Position numbers and translations under genes: made by a program. Shown in pieces: positions 55,501-64,000 of a stretch of DNA of 64,000 nt (positions within the stretch are counted from its first letter, which is position 1; each line of letters opens with the position of its first letter). This DNA comes from Geosiphon pyriformis uo1. Lineage: Eukaryota; Fungi; Glomeromycota. The stretch covers positions 124,001 to 188,000 of the forward strand of contig JAAOMT010000776.1 in NCBI GenBank assembly GCA_016748015.1, written 5' to 3'. The notes under the pieces were generated by a model. That model saw nothing but the letters and a program-made list of their open reading frames with translations, was not told where the DNA came from and did not search any database.

Positions 55501-56069
55501 ATCTTTAACAAAAAGCCTAACAAAAAAGCCAAATATAGTTATTAGTAGCATGATTTTTGTGTCTGGTACTGGTGTAATAAATTATTATATTTTTTTAGTA
55601 ATAAATGTATGTTTTGCCTAATCTATTACAAAGATTAAAAATTTATTATCCTAATACCCAAAAAAAAAAAATTACAAAAGTTCTTTAAAAACAAAGCACT
55701 TGAGATCTAATTACCAATAATAAAATACTGAAAACTCTTTTTTAAAGAAAAAAAAGTGGACATTGAAAATCTACTGGCTAAAAACAGCTTAGTTATATTA
55801 AAAAAAAATAATACTTCTGGACATATTTATGTGATACAACATACTATTACTACCAAAGAAACTTGCTCTATTGACCTAAAGCCTTATCAATCTAATTAAC
55901 ACAATAATAAATTTATTAAGAAAAAAATAAACCGAATAAAAAATTTTGAATTTATACAAAAAACCAAGAATAAATAGACATTTTTAGTTGTAATAATATT
56001 CAAGAAAAGTGAAATCCTACACTTTTGTGTTAATTACTGTCAATTAAATACTATTACTGAAAGAGATAT

Positions 56070-56415
56070 TTTTTTTTGTTAACATGTAGTCATGCTGATT
56101 GTTTATTAGTTTGTTTAACAATATAGTTGACACTTTTATAAAGCCAGCTTATCTAATAATACAATATTACAAGATATAGCTAACCACAAGCAAAAAATCT
56201 TAACTACATATTAGTACTACTTATGCAATCTAATGTATTAAACAAGTCCAATTCATATATCTTACCTATAATGCAAACAAGCTCATAACTACTCTTAACA
56301 AGACTACTTATCTACTTAGCAATCTGATCAAAATTGGATTTGATACTAGAAAATTGACTCTCCCATAATTTCATTATTGTATCAAATATGTTATTATAGA
56401 CCAAAAAATCTTTAA

Positions 56416-56493
<78 letters not shown>

Positions 56494-58542
56494 TGTCTTC
56501 ATCTTCAAATACATTAACAAAGCAGATTTTTTCACTTCTTTTCTTAAGATTCACCATTTTTTTTTACAGCAAAGAAGCTACAGTATTAATAGCTTTAATT
56601 TGGGTTGTTATTTCAACCATATTTTCCTTTAATGCTTCTGTCATGACAAGTAAAGTAGACAATAATTTAGTAACCAACACAACCAAAAAGTCTACAGACT
56701 CAATTATAAATTTTATCAACAAAAACAGTTCATTAAAATAGGTTTTTAGAAAAGCCAACTTAATATTAACAGCAGTATTCAGACCAGAAGAAACAACAGA
56801 CAACAAAGATGTTAAAACTTTGGAGGAGACACCAAAAGCCAGATTCATATCAGCAGCAGCAGCAACAAAAGAAACTACAGAGGTAACAGCTTTGACATAA
56901 AATTTAGTTCTAATAAAAGATAACTTGAAAACTTTGAGACCACCAGCAGAGTTAAAAGATAATTTAGAAGAGAAAAATGATAACACTTTGTAGTTCACAG
57001 CAAATGATTCAAATCTTGATATTTGTAGTAGTGGTAATATTCAAAAGTTTCTCACCAAATACAGCAGCCATGTAAAATACCAGTTTTTAATACAGCAATG
57101 TTTAAAAAATCCAAAAAATTAAAAATAACCATAGCAAAACATTAATATTAATATAACTCAGGAAAATGGAAAATGAAACAAGTATGGCTGCCAACTTGAG
57201 AAACCAAATTACTAATCTTAAAGACAGTACAACCAAAAGAAAAATTGATTAACTTAGCTTTAAAAGCATTTTTTAAGGTGATAATTTTCTTTTGGTTGAC
57301 TAAAAATAGAATCCTAATACTGTTTTTTTTAACCAGTACCAATTAATGAGTAAGAGCAGCAGCGGCAGCAGAAAAAGAGTCTTTAAATTGAACCACAGCA
57401 TATTGTTACAAGCCAACAGACTTCAACTTAACTGAAATAACAACACCAAAAATGCTGAGAGAGATTTTAATGTCATCAGAAAAAGTACCTAAAAGTATAT
57501 TACAAAGTACAACTAACAAAGAGAAAAAAAAACAAAGGCCACACCAAAAAACTGAGCAATTTTAAAAATAATCAGAAAAACTTCATTACTAATGGCCACT
57601 TTGGTGGTACTATTTAGACTTTTCTAAAATGCAAATTCCATACAGAACAATTTAATAGCATTTTTTAAAACAAACTTAAGTCCAATACAACTAGGCAGCA
57701 ACTAAAACAAAGAACTAAACAGTGCTATTTTAATCTTAAATATAGCACCAGGTACTAGATTGAAGGCCACCCAACCAGAAAACTTTTAACAACCATTTAC
57801 ATTTTTCCAAGCATCACTATTAATAACACCAGAAACTGGAAAAGAAGCAGTTAATTCTATTTTCATTTAATCAGTCCAATCTTTAAAATTATCTAAAATA
57901 ATGGACTGTTTTGCTTCCAGGATTAATAACAATTTACCAAAAAGTATCATATTAGACAATACAGTCAGTGGTTAATCTTGGCCTATTTTAGAAAATGTGT
58001 TGCTGCTGTTGCCATCTATATTAGGAAAAAAGCTGACTGTTGCTGTAAAAATCTTACCCAAAATTTCATCTAAAACCACAAAGAGATTTGTTGTAATTAT
58101 AATAGTTGCAAGTACCAGCTGCTGTTTTTTGGAATTTTTGGCTTTTATAGTCATTTATGAAGCACTAATAGTAGTAGTTATAGAAATAATAAGAGCAGAA
58201 AAGACCAGCTTGTTAAATAGTCTGTTATTAAAAATTTTTGGGTTCTTAGAAATAGTAAAAACAACACTAAAACTAATTTAAGTATGTCTTTTGGAAGAAA
58301 CTTTGACAGGAGAAAAACTATCAACCAAAAATAAAAAAATAAACCAGAAGCTATTAAAGGCAGTTTTTTACTAATTTTTTTTAAGAAAAATGTAGCCAAA
58401 ACGTTTTGTTTAGCTGCTTTAATAACAGAAAGACTCTTTTGTGTTGGAATTTTATTAGTTACTATAAAAAAATAATATTTGCAACTTTTTTACTTTTAGT
58501 TTTAATCATAGTCTTAAAAATTAAGAAAAAAAAAGTTTTTTT
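56070..58542 (-). mobile_element. ORF1-only non-autonomous retroposon (copy 3, full length)
   Basis: Poly(A); 12-bp TSD tgaaagagatat/taaaagaaacat inside the RT of element E; ORF ~58508-56204. Confidence 0.88.
56417..56491. repeat. (TTA)~25 microsatellite within the ORF1-only element
   Basis: Long perfect run that reads as poly-Asn on the - strand. Confidence 0.9.
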
Positions 58543-59105
58543 TAAAAGAAACATATATCTACTTCCCAAGATTAATATAATATTAGACAAATTTAATAGT
58601 GCTACTTTCTTCTCAACTATTAACTTAACTGCTAAATTTTGGCAAGTAGAAATAGATCCAGAAAGCAGAAAAAAAATTGCTTTTATTACCAAGTATAATA
58701 CTTATAAATAACAATTATGTCTTTTGGTCTTACTAATGCTTCTTCCATCTTTCAATGCTTGATAGACAAAATATTTGAATCAGTCAAAGAAAACTTTGTT
58801 TTGGTTTACTTAAACAATATAATAATATACTCAAAAACCTGAGATAAATATCTTGAATATTTGCAAAAGATTTTTAATCTCTTTAAAAAAGCTGGTCTTA
58901 AAATTAACTCAATTAAATCTTTCTTTGGACAACAATTTACACAGTTTTTCAGTCATCTTATCACAAAAAATGAATTTTTTCTGATTCAGCCAAGATTAAA
59001 AAAGTCTAAAACATTAAGCAACCAATAAATATTCATAAATTATGATTTTTTCATAGTTTGGCCTTCTATTATTGAAAATTTGTCAAAATTTTTCCAAAAT
59101 TGTCT

Positions 59106-61487
59106 TTTTTTTTTATGTTAATATATAGCTATACCAGTTGTTTATTAGTTATGTTTACAAAATTATAGCATTTTTCATAAAGCCAGCTTATCTGATAATA
59201 CAAAAATTACAAGATGTAGCTAATCATAAATAGAAAGCTCTGACTATATATTAATGCTACTTATGCTATCTAATATATTAAACATATTTAATTTATATAT
59301 CTTATTCATAATACTAACAACCTCATAATTATTCTTAACAAGACCACTCATCTATTTAACAGTTTAATCAAGATTAGATTTATACTAAAAAACTGATCTT
59401 CTTATAAATTCATTATAATATTAAAAATGTTATTATAAACTAAGAAATTTTTATCATTATTATTATTATTTCTATATCATTATTATCAAATACTTTTTTC
59501 AAGCAGATCTGTTTACATTTTTTCTTTAAGTTTACTATCTTTTTTTGTATTATAAAAATCACAACACCAATGGCTTTAATTTTTTTTACTGTCATATTTA
59601 TGGCAAATAAAATAAATAACAATTTGATAACTAATACAACCAGAGAGTTAACAGATTCAATTATAAATTTTATCAACAAGAAAGTTCACTAAAATGAGAT
59701 TCCAAAGAAGTCAACTTAAATTCAACAGGATTATTGAAAGTAGAAAAAACAACAGGCAATATAAGTATTGTAGTTTTGGGGAGGCCACCAAGAATTAAGT
59801 TTATATTAGCAGCAACAATAACAGAAATAACCACAAAAGCAGCAGCTTTAGCATAAAATTTAGCTTTAGTAAATAAAGATTTGAATACTTTAGGGCCATC
59901 AATAGAGTTGAAAAAAAATTTGAAAAGAAAAAATGGTGGCACTTTGTAGTTTACAGCCAAATAATTCAAGTCTTAACATTTGTAGCAGTGGCAATATTCA
60001 GGAGTTTCTTACCAAATACAGCAACCATGCAAGATACTAATTTTTGACACAACAATATTCAGAAATTCTAATGAATTAAAAATAACCATAACAAAGCATT
60101 AATATTTATATAATTTAAAAAAGTGAAAAATAAAACATGTTTGGTCACTAATTTGGAAGACCAAATTATTTATCTTAAAAACAGTACAGCCAAAAAAAAG
60201 ATTAACCAACTTAACTTTAAAAGCATTTGTTAAAATAATAACTTTTTTTTGGTTGACAACAGAGAGAATTCTAATACTGTTTTTTCTAACCAAAACAAAC
60301 TAATAAATAAAAGCAACAGCAGCAAAAGAGGTGTCTTTAAAATAAACTATAACATATTGCTACAAACCAATAGGCTTTAACTTAACTGAAGTGACAACAC
60401 CAAAAATACCAAAAGCAGTTTTGATGTTATTAAAAAAAGTACCCAAAGGTACATTACAAAGTACAACTAACAGAGAAAAAACAAAGACCATACCAGAAAA
60501 CCATGTAATCTTAAGAATGGTCAAAAAAATTTTATTACTAATGGCCACTTTGATAACACCATTTAGACTCTCTTAAGATGCAAATTCTATATAAAACAAC
60601 TTTACAGTATTTCATAAAACAAACTTAAGCCCAATACAATTAGACAACAACTAAAACAAAGAACTAAGCAAGGCTATTTTGATTTTAAATATAGTATTAG
60701 GTATTAAAGTAGAGACTACTCATTCAAAAAACTTTTGGCAATCATTTATATTTATTCAAGCATTACTATTAACAGCACCAGAAACTAAAAAAGAAGTGAT
60801 TGATTTCAGTTTTATTTAATTAGTTTAATCTTTAAGATTATTTGCAATAATAGACTGTTTTGCTTCTATAATAAATAATAATCTGCCAGAAAGTACTACA
60901 TTAAGCAATACAACTGGTAGTTAATCTTGTCTTATCTTAAAAAATGTGCTGTTGTTGTTGTTATTTATATCAGAAAGAGAGCTAACTGCTATTGTAAAGA
61001 TTTTTTTCAAGATTTTATTTGGAACTGCAAAGAGATTCAGTATTACCATAGAAATTATAAGTGTTTGCTGCTGTTTTTTGTATTTTTTGGCCTTTTTAGC
61101 CATTTGTAAAATAGTAATAATAGTAATAATAATAGTAGTAATAAAAATGATAAAAGCAGAAAAGACCAATTTAACTAGTCTATTATTAAAAATCTTTGAA
61201 CTTTTAGAAATAGTAGAAACAATACTAGAACTAATCCAAGTATGCTTTTTTGAAAAAACTTTGACAAAAAAAAAACCACCAGCCAAAGATAAAAAAAATA
61301 AACTAGAAACTATTAAAAACAGCTTTTTATTAATGTTTTTTAGAAAAAATATAACCAGAATATTTTGTCTAACTGCTTTAATAACAAAAAAACTTTTTTG
61401 TGTTGAAATTTTATTAGTTACTATAAAAAAGATAACATTTACAACTTTTTTACTCCTAGCTTTTGTTGTAATTATAAAAATTAAGAG
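59106..61487 (-). mobile_element. ORF1-only non-autonomous retroposon (copy 4, near full length)
   Basis: Poly(A); exact 10-bp TSD aaaattgtct at 59096-59105 and 61488-61497, inside the RT/connection region of element E. Confidence 0.9.
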
Positions 61488-63828
61488 AAAATTGTCTCTC
61501 TTTTTAATCAGCTACTTAAAAAAAATGTTATTTATTATTGAAATATATATCAACAAAAAGCATTTGAAACTTTAAAAAAAAATGAATTACAGAATTTATT
61601 TTTATGCAACCTGATCTGGATCAACTTTTTATTTTTTATACTAATACATTTGGCTATAAACTTGGTGCTGTTTTCTCACAAAAAAATAAAGAAAACAAGA
61701 AATATATTATAACATATGCCAATAGAATACTCTTATCAACAAAACAAAATTATTTAGTTACTAAGCAAAAATACTTAGCAGTAGTTTGGACTACTAATTA
61801 TTAGAACAAATATCTTTTTAGTTTAAAGTTTTTGGTGGTAATAGATCACCAAGCTTTGGTTTGATTACATAACAAAAAGAAGTTAATACATAAACAGATA
61901 ACTTGCTAAATACTTTATTTAGATGAATTTGATTATAATATTTAATATTACAAAAGAATAAATCATCAAAATGCCAATGCTTTTTTTAGACTTATTATTC
62001 AATAATAATACAACTTTCATAAACCAAACCAATCTAATTATTAATAACTCTCTCTTAAACAAACACAATAATAGACTTAAACAACTACTTTGCACTAATA
62101 AAATTTTTGAATAAAAAATAATACCCATCAGAATACAATTGACAGCAAAAAAAACATTTGCACAAACAATCCAATTTTTATTTAATCTGTTAAAACTAGT
62201 TATATAAAAAAACAGAAAAAATTCTGACCATTCTTAAAGAGTCATCAAATTTGAAAAAAAAGAAATTGTAATTTACAACATTTACATTAATCTATTAGCT
62301 AAATACTTTAGAAAAACAAAAACAATTCAAAAAATCTTAGCTTGTTATTATTGACCTACTTTAGAAAAAAACATTGCTAAATACATTAAAACCTGTAATA
62401 CTTGTTAAAAAAAAAGAAAACCCAATTACAAAAAAGATATCTATTTAATTTTTGTTGGTCAATTATTTAACAAAATTAATATAGATATTGTTAGATCTTT
62501 AACAATAATCTTTGATGACAACAGATATATTATTACAGCTATTAATTATTTTATAAAATAAGTAAAAAGAAAAGCCACTTTAGATCAAATAGCAGTCTCC
62601 ATTGTTAATTTCATTTATAAAAATATAATTTGTTATCATAACTGTTCTAAAGAACTTTTATTTGATAGAAAAAAAGCTTTTCTTAGTACACTAGTTGAAG
62701 AACTTTGTAGAAAAATGGAAATATATTATAAACTATTTTTTCTTTATTACTTTTAAACAAATGGCCTAGTAGAATATTTCAATAGAATACTATGTAAAAT
62801 TTTAGCAAAAACCAATAAAAAAACAAACTTATAAGACAAAATATTGTATTTAACTTTGTTTGCTTATAAGACTATAAATCATAACATAACAAGTTATAAA
62901 TTTTTTTATTTGCTCTATAGATAAATGACAATTCTACCAATAGAACTAATATTGAAACAATATTTTTTAAAGAAATAACAATAGAGAATTACAAAGATAT
63001 TTTGCAAAAAAAACTTGATATCATTTTTGATTCCTTAGTAGAAACATATATAATTGTCTTTAAAAAAATAAAACAGTTTCAAGAAAAGCTTAAGAAAAAA
63101 AAACCTATAAAATACTTTTCTTAAGTATTGGTAACTTAGTTTTGAAATATTGCTCAAACAAAGACAATATCTATAGTGATAAATTTTTTAGCTGGTAAAA
63201 AAACTTTTTATAGTCAACAAAGTTTTAAAAAATAGTTTATATATTCTATACTTTTCATAAGTATTGGATCAAAAATCATCTATATACTATTTTAACTATT
63301 AGAAAACAGACCATTATAATTGATAATAGTAAAACACATATTATTATTAAGCCAAAAAAAACAACTACTAAAAGAGAAAAAATTGATAAAAAAATAGATA
63401 AATATTTGCTAAAAAGTATAACAACAGCAATACTCTTATTTTTTATTACATTGGAAAAACAATCTTAGAAATCTTGTCCATAAATAAAAATTTGTTATAT
63501 AAAAAACAACTAAATCTTATAGTTGCCTTAATAAAATTATAGAAAACATAAATTTTTTAAAAAAAACAACTTCAGAAATACAGATAAAATTTTGGGCATT
63601 ATACAATTAAATATTTTAAGAGTTTTGACCATTGCTAAAAAAACCAGAACTCTTATACAAAGATTTGGTTTCTTGAATACAAAACTTATTTTGCCTTAAT
63701 TATTATATATCTTATCCACAAAAAACTTCAATAAACTAGTTAAGTTTTAAGCTAAACAAAATCTTTTAAATAAATTATTTTATAAATAGTTTGATTTTGC
63801 CAGAGCTTAATCTCTTTGGAAAGAATGA

Positions 63829-64000
63829 TATTATAATTGAAACTCATAGTTTTTATTAGTTATTACATATATTAATTACTAATATTATATAATTAACTAT
63901 TATATTTTTAGATAGTAATTATTTACTTAATTAATAATTTGACTATTAACCTAATCATTGACTTAATTAATAACCTGATTGTTGACTTAATTATTAATCT
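63829..64000 (+). repeat. 3' LTR of element E (runs off the window)
   Basis: Follows a purine tract; matches the LTR starts at 39118 and 41970; contains ~12-bp tandem units like ttaacctgattg. Confidence 0.8.

Larger units (their letters stand above)
39118..64000 (+). mobile_element. Decayed Ty3/Gypsy element E, host of five nested insertions
   Basis: 5' LTR split into 39118-39202, 41662-41969 and ~52654-52948; PBS TGGTGCTC at 52956; knuckle CYHC (54264); protease LILNS (54955); RT VYLNN (58804) split by two insertions; RNase H 61600-62010; integrase 62071-63340; purine tract ~63818; 3' LTR starts at 63829. Confidence 0.85.

Noticed and set aside
20879-62128. Dozens of short I/L/K/N/F-rich ORFs as novel membrane peptides
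   Set aside because: They are fragments or antisense frames of AT-eroded transposon ORFs

Overview
AT-rich fungal genomic DNA. Gene structure and repeat families point to Glomeromycotina; the repeat-derived peptides resemble Geosiphon-type repeats (inference from recall, not a search). Three intact host genes sit in CpG-retaining islands: a 9-exon PPG1-type PP2A-family phosphatase (523-2075, -) and a divergent pair of an MCP1-like gene (14882-15856, -) and a KCH-type K+ transporter gene (16630-18696, +). Most of the rest is nested, dead transposons eroded by C>T/G>A transitions in CpG and non-CpG contexts. These comprise at least four Ty3/Gypsy elements and several solo LTRs, an RNase H-bearing LINE, a DUF6589-like two-ORF DNA element, and a Tc1 relic that escaped the erosion. 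There are also four copies of a ~2.4 kb ORF1-only (HAL1-like) retroposon, three of them complete with poly(A) tail and TSD. Main leads: the ORF1-only family; an anti-PBS hairpin in the U5 of two LTR families; a covarying hairpin plus extended branch point inside LTRs; Gypsy pol with a Cys-rich domain, dUTPase, an apparently stand-alone integrase and an extra 3' ORF; and RIP-like hypermutation with sharp boundaries. All coordinates and alignments were done by eye.
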